From NCBI GenBank assembly GCA_964035545.1, contig OZ037768.1, positions 9,022,741-9,086,740 of the forward strand: DNA of 64,000 nucleotides. The letters run 5' to 3'. The stretch is from Bugula neritina (lineage: Eukaryota; Animalia; Bryozoa). The notes beneath the pieces were generated by a model that saw only the letters and a program-made list of their open reading frames with translations, did no database searches and was not told where the DNA came from. Made by a program: the position numbers and the translations under genes. This document shows positions 39,601 through 51,849 of the stretch, piece after piece (position 1 is the first letter of the stretch; each line of letters opens with the position of its first letter).

Positions 39601-42464
39601 GTTGTAGCAAAGCTCTTTACTGATAAGGATTTGCTTTGGTTTGCAACTGACTGGTCCGAAACTGCTACAATATTTTGAGCATTAGTTGGCTTGAAAGAAC
39701 CTTTGACAGCAACACCCTTCTCAAGCGAATTAGGACTATGTGATTCTAATATGGAAGACTGATCAGCAATAGGAATTTTCAGCACTTGGACTGGATTTGA
39801 TGCTGCTGAGTGAGATGGTTGTTTTGGAATAGAAATAGGTTGTTTTCCACTAGTGGCCACTTTTTTATTCAGATTTGCATCTTCAGTAGTAACAGAAAAT
39901 TTACTAGGCAGATGAGATTGCTTTGAGGTGTCTGGCTCCTTATTTGCCACTTTGCTTAATGAAGGAACAAATTCTTTTGAATCTGCATTTGTATTCTGCA
40001 CATTTGCTACTGATGAAGTCAAGACATTTAAGTTGCTAGGTTGCTTTGAAAATTTCTGCGATTTTCGAGTCACCACACCTTTTGAATCTACATCTTTTTG
40101 CACTGTGACAGCTTTATTGGTTGCATTATCAACTCTTTTTTCTTCAGGTGGTTTAGAGAGTTGTTTTTTAGCAACGGATGAGGAAGCAGGCGCGTTCAGT
40201 TTAGTATCTGCTTTGGATGTAACACGCACTTTTTCTGAGATTTTGTTTTTTGATTGTTCTTTTAAATTACCAGAAGGTTTTGAATTTTCAAGACTTGGTG
40301 GTATTTCATTTTGTTTTAGAAGAATTGGGGTGTCAAGATTCTTAGTTGACTGAGAATTTTCTTCTGAAAGAGATGGGCCAACTGAAGTTGGAACAGTAGT
40401 TGATTTTCCAGCAACAACAGCCTCATTCAAGTTGTGAGAGTGCTTTGAGCTCACAGGATTTTCAGGTTTAGCATCAGCTTTTACGGAGGATAAGTCTAAT
40501 TTTGCAGAATCATTTGAAATAGCAACTGATTGTCTTGGTGACTTTTGTTTCTTTACTGAAGAAACATCTTTTGTCGAAGGCTTGACTTTAGTAGATGCAG
40601 AACTCTCAGGTATTGATTGATTCGTTGCAGGCTTTGTTTTTTGTAATTTAGAAGTTGTCTGCTTAGTTAATGTATCAGATTCCAAAGTTACAGGCTTTGT
40701 ATTTTTTGAATTAGCTTTGGTTTCTAATGCTTCATCATCAGCTGGTGCCACATCAGTTTTTGACTCTAATATTTTTTCCAAATTGATTACTTCACCAACT
40801 GAGACATGCTGATCAGGAACTGTTTTCTTTGTAGTCGCAGTTTCTGTTGGTTTAAGTTTTCCTTTGGCGGCAACAGGTAGTTTATAAGCTTGAAATGTTT
40901 TAGAATGAGAAGGTTTTTTGGGTGTGTTTAATGGTCTGGAAATCGAATCATCCTTGGAATCAGCAGGTGAATTTGACAGACCAGAAATTTTAGAATTTGA
41001 ACGCTGTTGCAATTTTGGATCTGTGATTGACTTCAAAGGCTGTGTTGGTACTACAATTGCTTTTTGCTCACCAGTTTTCTCTGATGTAGTAGGGATAAAG
41101 CTATTTTCATGTGGTTCAGATTTTTCAGAGGAAGTAGGATCCACTGAAATGTTAGTTTTAGATATGGAAGATGTTTTTGGATTAGCAGGTTCTTTAGACA
41201 ATATCATCTTTTTGGTTTTTACTACATTTCCAGAAGCATCCTTTTTGACAGCTACTTTAGGAGGAGACAGTTGCTTAGAAGGAGAATGTTTGTCAGAAGC
41301 TACAGCTTTCTCTTCATGAAATGCAATGGTATTCAGTTCTTTTTTTTCCATAAGGTTCTTAACTACACCAGTTTTAGCTTTTTTTTCCAAACCATTCGGA
41401 ACAGCAGAGTCTTGAGATTTAGAGACTGGATTAGTTGTATTAACTTTTACTGACTCACTAGAATCTTTTGGGAAAGAAAAACCATTTTTAGCTTTTGATG
41501 CTTTTGGAATATCCTTAGTTTTAGCAAGTAGATTTTTTGGTCTTGGCTGCCCAGCAGTTGATTTTACAGATTGCTGGCCAATCTCTTTTGACGAAGCTGA
41601 CGTGTTCAACTTATCCTTTTCATCTAACTGATTGTTTGAAGTTTTCGCTTTTGAAGCCAATGATTCTTTAGGATTGCTAAGCACTTTTGAAGCAGGTAAT
41701 ACCTTTTTAGTACGCACATTAGAAATATTATTCTGTTTTGCTGATGTAGTGTGTCCATTTGGCGTGCTTTGTGAACCTGCAACTTTTGAAACAGACAAGT
41801 TTCGATCTTTGGAAGTTTTGGATGCTCTGGAAGTCAGAGAATTTCTAGATGGTGCCCTAGATTTAAACTGAGTTTTTTCTTGTCTTGGAGTGTGTTTATA
41901 CATCTCATATGCACTAGATATACTTTGCCTAGACTTGACGCCTGCAAGAGATCTTTGACGTTCAAATTTTGTTTTTAGTGGAGGACTTTTCAAACTTGAG
42001 TCAGGTTTCAGAGGCTCACTAGATTGCCCACCTACAGTCACTTGTTCAGCCTCATCAGTTAGATTGGGCTCTAAATTAACATCCGTTAATTTAGGTTCTA
42101 AATTAGCATCATCACTAATTGGAAGTGGGTCGGTATGAGGTACCGTATCTTCAACTTGTTCACCGGTTGAAGTGTTTGGCTTTGGATCAGGTACTACAAA
42201 CACAGTTATGTACTTCATAGTTGATCAAGTTGAACATAGAAAATTGCATTGTTTCATAAATTTCCATCAAACATAGACACATCTCCAGTTACTAGTTTGG
42301 ACATGCGAGCAGTAAGCTATAGCAGTGCAATTACTTAGCCAACACAAACACACTTATGATACATACTATTATTTTGTTCAAAACTGTATAATACATGAAT
42401 TCAATGGAGCTGATTGTAGCAAATGTTTCATACCTGCTTCTTGCTTGCTGGCAGTATCACCCAT
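5314..42464 (-). CDS. Giant multi-exon, largely disordered Lys/Ser/Pro/Glu-rich protein (~5,950 aa, uncharacterised)
   Basis: Phase-compatible GT-AG exons, 5' to 3': 42464-42434 (MGDTASKQEA), 42193-34429, 34014-33806, 32723-32520, [link unresolved, e.g. 32077-32040], 31723-31490, 30333-30201, 29478-29304, 28814-28507, 27852-27676, 27093-26677, 26195-25789, 25498-25402, 25003-24906, 23539-23335, 23150-22209, 22009-21320, 21202-20961, 20158-20071, 19905-19558, 19281-19185, 18872-18607, 18346-18281, 17919-17863, 17252-17154, 15731-15667, 15214-15194, 15030-14631, 14498-14377, 14191-13847, 13757-12537, 11955-11748, 11444-11136, 10887-10730, 10617-10362, 10252-10175, 9918-9808, 8894-8768, 8673-8579, 8317-8159, 7797-7585, 7279-7068, 6836-6723, 5547-5314 (stop TAG). 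No recognisable globular domain. It could be two genes split near 31.7-32.5 kb. Confidence 0.75.
5901..6715. repeat. Compound tetranucleotide microsatellite (GTAA/GTGA)n, ~200 units, in the last intron of the giant gene
   Basis: Continuous AAGT/GAGT mosaic of ~815 bp; it produces the artefact LTYL/LTHS ORFs. Confidence 0.97.
17373..17759 (-). mobile_element. Probable solo LTR (387 bp) in an intron of the giant gene
   Basis: Ends TGTAGTGAA...TTCACTACA (9-bp perfect inverted termini, TG..CA) flanked by a perfect 5-bp direct repeat TCTAT (17368-17372 and 17760-17764). Two AATAAA on the - strand near 17475-17490 suggest - orientation, but AATAAA also occurs on + so orientation is tentative. Confidence 0.7.
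19650..19880 (-). repeat. Coding (A)GYPP pentapeptide repeat, ~13 x 15 bp
   Basis: Exon 19905-19558 encodes PPAGYPQAGYPPAGYPPAGYPP...GYPPNAPYGYPPSAPYGYP. Confidence 0.9.
21530..21930 (-). repeat. Coding 72-bp (24-aa) proline-rich repeat, ~5.5 copies
   Basis: Unit CETP(L/F)GSPPPTP(P/L)PTPPPSVAE(A/Y)R in exon 22009-21320. Confidence 0.92.
30472..30581 (-). mobile_element. tRNA-derived SINE (5' portion)
   Basis: On - strand: A-box-like TGGTCAAGTGA and B-box GGTTCGAATCC, followed by non-tRNA body GGCCATTGCTGATGTCAGGAAGGGTATTCGGTTATAATTG shared with the copy at 62295. Confidence 0.75.
30640..31430. repeat. Intronic AT-rich minisatellite, 49-bp unit, ~15 copies
   Basis: Unit AAACAAACACTACCATATAGATATACATATACACTACATTATATAATAT repeats at 30801, 30850, 30899 and onward, with variant longer units toward both ends. 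Confidence 0.93.
34429..42193 (-). CDS. 7,765-nt single internal coding exon (exon 2) of the giant protein
   Basis: Track ORF 34386..42218 (2610 aa). Acceptor TTTGTAG| at 42194 and donor |GTATGT at 34428 are phase-compatible with both neighbouring exons. Confidence 0.9.
34887..35495 (-). repeat. Coding 21-bp (7-aa) repeat A(E/K)SVKPP, ~29 copies
   Basis: AESVKPP/AKSVKPP/AESVKSP array within exon 2. Confidence 0.95.
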
Positions 42465-43196
42465 CTTTATTACAAAAGATATATATCTATTCCTGTTGTA
42501 TGTTTAAAGTAGTTTTCCTAAGAGAAAAACATTTCTCATCTTCTATCATTGAGGTTTGATGCTATAACTCTAAATACATAGTCAACAGCGAACCAAAAGC
42601 TAAACAAATTTCTGTAAGTATGAGAACTACATTATGTTGTTTAGAATATATTCATGTTACTAGGCACTACACGAAAATTACAATGAAGGGCTATTGATTT
42701 GTGGACAACAAAAAAGGTATTGGCTTTCTGAACAGATAGTCAATAGAGCAACCTGAAGACCTACTACAGAGAAAATAATGTTTCAACAATAAAAAACTCC
42801 TGTGCAAATTCAAATAGACACATTTATTGCCAAAATTACATTAATAAAATTATTTTTAATCATTCCTGAATTTAAAACAAGCATTTCAAAGCACAATGTG
42901 CCAAATATTCAAGACAGGCATGCTCATACAACAAAGCAATGGATTTTGCTTAGAAAATCTATTGAATATGAGCAGAACAATAGCTGTAGCTTAAGTCAAT
43001 AGAGTATACAGATGATTACACTTACGAGAATTCTATAGCAAGCTAAGAAACTACATGTGAAGAAAAATAATTTTTTTTAAATAGAACTACAATCGAAACA
43101 TTATAAACACTAGAACAATATTAGGTCTTCTTCTTGTAATCAACAGAGACTACATGAAAGAGTCAATTCAAAATTATAAGTATGAAATAAAGCTTT

Positions 43197-46100
43197 TCAA
43201 ATATATATATCCATTAAAGACCTCACTATAAAATTGCTAACAGAAAGAGGTTTATTATCTGGAGTAGTGAAATTTATAGTTATTTGCTGGTCTTTGAGTA
43301 GAAAGCCATTGTCTTGGAATATAAGATTTGGTATATCTGAGCTTACCCATACAAATGGTGCAATTCGATCTGTTCTTAAAACCAATGCTCTCCTAGGATG
43401 CTCTCCAATAAGATCAACCTATAAATGATACTTTAAAAAATAATAGTAGTCATTGAACTATAAAACAGAAGCATTATTGACAAAAAAAACATTATATTTA
43501 TTTATTCAAAAATGAAACCTGTCAAATTTGTGAGATAAAGTTAACACTAAAAGTTTCACACCCTATTAAATGCTTAATGATGACAAAACAAACCTCAATA
43601 TTAGGCTTTTGTAATGTGGTAATATCTTTGTAAGGAGACAGAATAAATTCAGAATGGAGAGATTTTTCCCATGATGCAAATAGAAAATGACGTGGTTGAT
43701 CAGTGCAGTTTAACTTTTCAAGAACTTTGTTTAAATTTTCATTGAAGATCCGATTTGATACCATATCTGCCTAAATAAAAATATATAGTAAATTTTACAA
43801 GCATGCATTGTCCTAAATATGAATAAAACTGAAAACTGCAACACTAACAGTCAAATGAAAAATGCAATTCTAGCAACTTGATAAAACGAGCATACATTTA
43901 TGCAAAAGTCAATGAATTTTACAAGATAATATAAGCAAACCATGAAAGCATCACACAAAGGCTATGACTTGTAAAAAGTAAATCAGTCCCAAGCCAACAA
44001 TGATAATACAATACTATATCTATAAAATACTGTTTTATAAGATTACCCATAAAAACCAACATACCAATTGAACAGGTATTTTTAAATTAGACTGTGGAAC
44101 AAAAGAAGCCCAGCTGTAGCAATATAAAGTAAGGGTGGTAGGTTGCAAGTTCCGGTTATTGTCTTGAATGATATAGACAGTTAGGTTACCAGACTCCACA
44201 GCCATAGAAATCATATTAGGTGCAAAGAACTTCTTAGCATAATAGTGCAGCATTTTCCAACTTCCAGAAAACTCTAAAATAGATCAGTTGTCCATTAGGA
44301 AACTTGCGATACATAATATAATAATTATTAAATAATAACAGCAAAATTATAACCACTGCATGTAAAAATAAATATGCTATCAACCTAAACAAGTAGAATC
44401 GATAAATAATACTTCCCGTAAAAATTAAAATTATATTTTTCTAGACATACATTTTTCAACAGACTAGAATTGGACAACTGGTATCAAATGTAAAGTAACA
44501 GATAAAACCTACCAAGAGAAGACCAGCTAGGCCCTGGCCATATATCATTCAACTGCCAGTAAAGAGCTCCCATTGTCATCCCTTCATCCCCGTAAAGGTA
44601 ATTCTGACTCCTTCGGCAAAACTCAGAAACCATGCGAATGTACATGGCTTGGTTTATCTGAACACAAATCATCAACATTTAATGAAAATGCAATTGAAAT
44701 ATTAAAAATTCAAACATTTTTTTTATATACAGGCATTAGAAATCTAACCTGGGTCAAATAAATATAATTGCTGAAGTTTGAAGCTGGATCACTGGATGTT
44801 GGTGGGTTGAAGTAATAGCGTATTTGAGAATTTATCTGCTCCTGGCCTTTAAACAAAAGACATATAATGAGGAACCGACATTAGATGGTGATAAAGGGAT
44901 TTGACTTAACAAATAACATATATTGTTACAACTTAATTTGCTTCACTTGTCAGTAATAAGCAGTGTAACTTTGGAATGCAAGGGAATTGTAAGTATTATG
45001 TTCATTTTATTGATTTTTGGTCCTGTTACACAACAATGGTTGCATCTCAATACTGGACTGAGATAATATGTGGTTTACCTTGGCCATGATGATTCCTGTA
45101 CAGCGCAAACTCACTAAACTCATCCCAATCTTGACTAATAGTGTGAGGTTTCAGAGAAGAGAAGGAGGGCCATGACTGGTAGCCGTACTCAGACATAAAC
45201 CTAGATCTTGGGTAGTCGTCATTGTAATATCTGCCAGCTAAATAGTTGTAGTAGTGAACTGTGTAACAAAATGAAGGTGATTGAAGACTAGGAACATTTT
45301 TACAATTATACAGTTGAAAAATATTTTGCAAAACTTTATCATTACATAACTCAGATCCTTCTGTTTGATCCTTATATCAGGTGTATTTAGATGGTAGAAC
45401 AAATAAACTATAAAATATAACAGTCAGAACACAATAAACTTCACAACACCTACAATGCTTACCGTCACCATATTTTGTATCGTAAGGGTTTTGTGCTATC
45501 CACCCTTCTTTTTCAGATTGCGCGGCATTAGAAGGACTTGAGCTAACAAATATCCCAGACATGTGTTCTTTATTGATTGTCTCTTTAACTGTCTTGATAT
45601 ACAACTCAATGTAGTCTTTTTGGTACAAGGTAAAGTTGTTTTTCGTATCGTACCTAAAACAAAACAAAAAAATGTTACTAAATTCAGTTTGCTATGCTGT
45701 CATATTTTACAACAGACATTGCCTTATGGATCATAAAAGTCTGACTTATCTAATAAAACTTGAATATTCAATAGTTTTAGCTTTCTTAGATATATTCGGA
45801 GCTAGACTTAATTTTGGTGATAAATACTAACTGCCTGACAAAATACCTAATTATAATCAATTTTTTTTAATTTAGAAAATTACAACATGACAACTTAACA
45901 ACAAAAAGTTAACTATAAAATTTAATTATATAATCATAAGAATTGTCTTAGAGTTACTGCATGTCAGCTATGTACCAATTGTCTCTCAATGCTGCTTCAT
46001 TTTCATTGTTCCCAGCCCAAAGAGCAAGACTAGGATGATGTTTCAGCCGATGTACCTACATATATATATAATTCTGATAGTTGTATGAGTTGAATTTAAG

Positions 46101-49100
46101 GGCATACTTATATTAAACTTAAATTATTAAAAATGCATTAGTTTTCGAAAAAAATTTAGTTCAGTAATAAGTCAACTATGCCAATTTACAATTTCAATAC
46201 AATTAACAAAATATACTTAAAACGCTGATGATAAATTTCATGGGGGTGTTTTAGGCACAAAAATATTGATGTCTAAAAAATACTCAACACAGTCATATAA
46301 AAGCCCGAAATGCTTTTGGGTTAAAACAAAACTTGAATAGGAGATTTTACTAAATTATTAAATAGCATACAATAATCAATATATTTAAAACTCAAGTAAA
46401 TTACATATTATTTATTATATATTTTATACGTAAAATATTAATATATATGTATCTTTTGATAAATATTATAAGAAAGGTTAGAAGTTATAGCGCTACTAAT
46501 AGTTCCAAATGTTTTACACATATATCCATCAGGAAGATTATTATTATTCATTTTAAATGACTAAAATTTGAATTATATAATTTTTTAGTGATTTGAATAA
46601 TATATTGCTCAACACACATTTTAAAGTCTCTAAGCATATAATCATCAAAGCATGGGGAGAAAATCCAGGAATAATTTAAATTGGAATAAATGCTTATGTA
46701 GAGTGTTTTGAATTCATTTTAAAATATAACTGGCATTATCTAATAAAGTGATTTAGTAAGACAATAGGAAAAGTAAAATTCATATATTTAAATGTTATCA
46801 TTGCTCAGAAAAAAACAAAATATGATATTTTTATAAATATTTGATTACATTTCACTAATAATGCACATTGCTCTACACTAGAGTTGTTTTTTCTCACAAA
46901 TACAACCGTAAAACTGATAATAATTCAAATTATATTAACAATAGTTGCATTGAGAATGAAATTATAATAGTCTAGTTATATAAAAAGAAGCTTCAAAATT
47001 AGCATGTTTAGATGAGTCACTGATATTTGAAGAGTTGTCCACTCATTGTTAGCTCTATAGCTGATAATTAATATTAGCAAAATTATATGTCTATACAAAG
47101 CAACTTGTACTGAAACTTCATTGGTAAGCATAAAACACAGAAATTGATTAGTACACATTAAAAAAATACACACTATGTGGTCACAGCTCATAAGAACAGC
47201 AGGATAGGTAAAAAAGTTCACCTAAACACACTATTGTGTGCTTTATGTTAGGTGAACTAGTAACTTTAATATAGACTAATCATTTTTCCAATAGAACTGT
47301 ATAAAGCTGTGTGCATAATATTTAAGTAATTATCTAAAACATTACTTGCCAACAAAAATGTATCAATAAATGTGAATGTTACAGAACATATAATAGTAGC
47401 ATAGTGTTCACTCAACCTGATGTGTGATCTCAGATCGGATGTTCTCCAAGAAGTTCTGGTCAGTTGGATACATTGCACAGGCAAACATGATGTCCTGCCA
47501 TATTAATATTCCCATTTCATTTGCCAATTCGTAGAAATCAGCTTGTTCATAGATACCGCCTCCCCAAACACGTAGCATATTCTATAAAGTTATAGACAAC
47601 CTAACCTCTGTAATATGCATGTGCATACAGTTTGCTAGATTGAGTAGCATGCATTGACTATGGGAGTCACTGACTGCCACACATGAAAGTAAACAAAAGG
47701 AAGACCATGATATAGTCGTACCATATGAGCAAGCTTGGCAGAGTACAACAGATTCCGAAGCCTATCTCTGGAAATTCTTGACTGAAAACTGTCAGCGGGT
47801 ATCCAATTAGAGCCTTTCATGAAAATCGGTTGACCATTTATTTTGAAGTAGAAGCTAAGCCCTAAATAACCAAAAGTTAATTGAGACAGTGTTAAGAAAA
47901 ACTTATGTCTAATAGTGAAGCCAATAAAAATACTTTGCAATGTTGCGAATAGCACCAAAAACTATCTTTTTGCAACTAACACAGATAATATCCGTGAAAA
48001 ATGAAGCTATTAAATATAAAAATAGCATAACACTAAAAAGCATTTTAATTAAATGTATAAGTTTAGTTGATTTTCCCACAAACAAAATTCCTTACACTGA
48101 TGACAAACTTATTAGGCTCACCAAATATTACACAATGTATGAAAAACTTAGCCTGTATTCCAAAACTAAGCTAGATACACATGTCTACATATGATTGCCT
48201 GAATTATACTTGGTAAGGCAGGTAACTGAATCTGTCTCAAATAACCATCACCATGTGAAACAAATTTATTTCACAAACTTCATACTTTTATGATATTACG
48301 AGCTATATCTACCTTTGACGCCTTTAATTGGCTGTTGGATTAACTCAACTGTTCTGAATCCGATACTTTTAGACTTCGTCACCTGATTTGATGAGGAAGA
48401 ATAGCAGGACACTGACAGATTATACAGTGCTTGCTGACCGTATCCATTGGGCCACCACAGTTCCAAATCCTACACAAACAATTATACCTCAGTATATATG
48501 AGAATTACTATAGGCAGCAGATGCTATGAGATGTGCTAAAAACTGTATTATTTTCACAAATTCCTTTTGGTATTTAAATGTAACTTTTTAATTTAGTACA
48601 CAAAATAAATTCTCCACGAATTGGCTGCTTGAGTAGAAAAAAAACTGCTGAACATACAAAATGTGCAATAAACTCTGAAAATATTAGTTTTTAAAAGAAA
48701 ATTATGCATGCAATACTTATTAAAAGTTGAAAAGCAAGTAACTTACATACAATATCGAAGTTTATAGAAGTTCTTGAGACTTACGTTTTTGCCAACTAAC
48801 AGCTCCATCTGAAGAGTATTTGAAGAATTTTTCTGTAAACTAAATTCAAAGGTTTTTGAGGCACTGACATTTGCTATATTTATATCACAAACATATAACT
48901 GTGGTGCATTAAGAGTAGAGAGACCTTGGATATGACCAGTGACATTCAAACGCCAGAAAAGTTCATCTGTATAAAAAATAATAGATAAAAATAGTTTTCT
49001 TTGGAATAAATGAGAAATAAAGATAAGATCCAAACAATTGAACATACCACATAAATACAAATTAGTTTCAAACAGAATGTGAAAAAATTCTAGCAATGCT

Positions 49101-50699
49101 TCTACAGAATAAACTAAAAACTTACCAGGGGTAGCAGTTATCAATGCATAGAAAAGTGCTATTGTATGTCCAACTTAAAGTCACCTTTATTTAGCACATG
49201 AACATATTTTTATATATGGTTTATTACACCCAGCTAACTAATTCTATCACACAGCTGAATATTTATACATTACCAGCTTTACTGACTTCCACACTGAAAT
49301 CTTCTAGCATTACACTGTCATAGCCTTCTACCAGTATATCTTTCCTGAAAAATCAAGCCAATGTATGGAACTGAAGTTTAATTTAATCATCAGTATAAGT
49401 GGTTAATAATTTTGTGAATTAGAAAAAAGCTAACCTACCATATTCCTTGGGTGGGGAATGAAGGGCCCCAGTCCCAGGAGAAACTGGCTTGCTCCTTTCT
49501 AATGAAATTAGGATGACACTGGCCATGTTGAACATCAGGTGGGCATACAGGGGGCACACTATATGGGTACGCTTTACTTTGAGAGGCAGCATAAGTTACA
49601 GCAGACGTAAAATTAATCACCAGCTCATTAGAACCCTGTAAAGTGTACAAAACACATTCAAATATTCTCTATAAATACATAAACACACATTCTATGTATG
49701 CATGTAAACTGCATGTAAACAAACTACTGATGTATCTGAAAACAGCTTTGCATTACTTATATTTCGGCAAGTTCCAAAAAATAGTTGGGCTCAGAATACG
49801 GATTTACAATCTAAAAGTATTCCAGCAACCTTAATTTTAACAAAAGCAATTATTAACTGAAAGTTTATAATTTAAATGAGAGTAAAGAGATTTAACAACT
49901 ATTGTAATATTATAAATATTTTAAAAGAAAACTTACAGTTTTAAGGTAGTGCTTTATTGGAAACCGATACTTTATAAATTGATTGCTTGTTTTGCCAACA
50001 ATGACACCGTTGATGTAGATAACACTGACAGTGTCTATACCATGACATACTAAATCTATAGACTCCTTAGCCTTCAGAAAGGATGACACTAAATATCAAA
50101 TAATAAAAATATTAATAAATTAGAAATATTCTCTGTCAAAGAACTATTTTCATTTTAAATTTGAAACAGGAGTTAAATTTAATAATATTGCAAGATAACT
50201 AAATCAACAAATTAGTGGGTCAAGCAGTAACAAATGTTAAAATAAATAACATAGGGCTACCTGTAAAAGAGTGTTTATATTGCCAATCATACATGCTATA
50301 TTTAGCATATCGAATATCATTGTATCGGTTATACGGATCTTCTATCACTTTATTAGCCAACAAATCAGTGTACATTGAGCCTGGCACAGTAGCCTTAAGG
50401 TGCATCCCAAGTTCTACAAACAAATTGCATATTATAATGTAAGATAAATTAAAATATTCTCTATTATAAAATAAATGGCGAGTGATGCCTACAGATTGAG
50501 CCTACGAAAATTAGTTTCAATTAAGTTTTTCAATGCATTATCCCATTAAATTCAGAGAAAATTTATTGAATTAAATTTTACCTGTCGATGAGGCCAGCCA
50601 CGAGTTTCCATTTAGATTTAGAACAAGTGGAGATGCAGATGCTAGCGCAAAGACAGTTGTGCTAAGGGAAGAGATCACAAGCAGAAGAGCCACCTTCAT
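43197..50699 (-). CDS. MANBA: Lysosomal beta-mannosidase, glycoside hydrolase family 2 (878 aa)
   Basis: 17 phase-compatible exons: 50699-50582, 50413-50261, 50088-49937, 49635-49439, 49344-49274, 48966-48785, 48469-48313, 47861-47722, 47581-47417, 46055-45976, 45653-45463, 45258-45079, 44846-44749, 44657-44513, 44273-44065, 43770-43594, 43418-43197. Signal peptide plus motifs [50 protein letters not shown] (acid/base), [10 protein letters not shown] (nucleophile), [19 protein letters not shown]. Confidence 0.96.
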
Positions 50700-50962
50700 G
50701 TCTGTTCCTGCAAATTCTTAAAACCATTGTTAGAGCAATTTAAATTATCCAAGCCTCAACAATTTTGAAGGGTTTAAAAATTTTAGAGTTCATGCTCTAA
50801 GTCGCATTAGCTATAATAAAGTCAATTAGTCAACCATTGTGGAAATAAAGATTGCAACCAGCTTAAAATTTAATCAAAAACTCCACATTACCTCCAAATC
50901 ATTATTATGTACACTCTACCGTAAAGACTATAGAGTTTCTCAACCAGCAGAGTATAAGATAT

Positions 50963-51410
50963 TGTAATGGTTAGGGGAAGTATACCACCCAGTGTCCCCT
51001 GCTAAACATGACTCTATAGATTATGGCGAAACTAACGTCAAGGACGACAACTCCGCAAGCCCTTGCCGCATGTCTATGCGGTGCCCTATCAGTAACGACA
51101 GATGGCACCGCCGGAATCTTGTGTCATTCAATCAGGATCGACTCTGTATATATAAGCAATGCCTTCCGGCTCCCACAGCAGTCTTGGGCAGTAGTAGTAG
51201 ATAACTAGGTTGACTTTATGTAATTGTTTCAGCTATTGTACTTGTTCTCTTTATACTTATACTGATTTTTGATCGTGCGTAATTGATTAACAATATAGTT
51301 CTCTTGTTAAATGATCAACTAGTTCGGTTCTTCACATAACCTCACAGTAGATATGCAGTAACTACCAGCATACAATAATACCCAAACTAGTAGTGCACAA
51401 AACTACAACA
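50963..51410 (+). mobile_element. Possible solo LTR upstream of, or in the 5'UTR intron of, MANBA
   Basis: GC-richer island starting TGTAAT after ATAT, with internal TATATATAAG near 51146 followed by CAGTC. It ends either ...CAACA|GTAT (51410; 4-bp TSD with one mismatch) or ...ATTAACA|ATAT (51292; perfect 4-bp TSD). Confidence 0.5.
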
Positions 51411-51849
51411 GTATTTGGTCAAATGCTTACAGAAACTGGTCAAAGTAGAACTCAAAGCAATTTATTTTTTTTAAAGCTTTCCTTTATATATCTATACACA
51501 CACTCATATCGCCTCATAACAAACCAAAACTTATAAGTAATAGCCCAACCTAAAAACATCTCTAAAAACCTTTAAAAGTATTTTAAATAACTGGATAGTT
51601 AAAAACTCAGCATGATCATAAGTATAAGTATAACACAATCACAATAACTATAAGTATAAGCATAGGCTAACTCTAAGTTTCAGTATGAGTATGAGACACT
51701 ATGAGTATTACTATAACTCTATGACTATGATCATCAAATTGACTATATAATTACAAAGATAGCGTTTCTTAAAGTTGAACTTAATGAAAATCACTAATCA
51801 GTATCACAACCACAATCATAAACTTAAAGTGATAATGACTATGATTACT

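Noticed and set aside
34957-41871. Plus-strand ORFs opposite exon 2 (e.g. SAGGFTL and VALHFLQ repeats)
   Set aside because: Antisense shadows of the K/S/P-rich coding strand and its 21-bp repeat.
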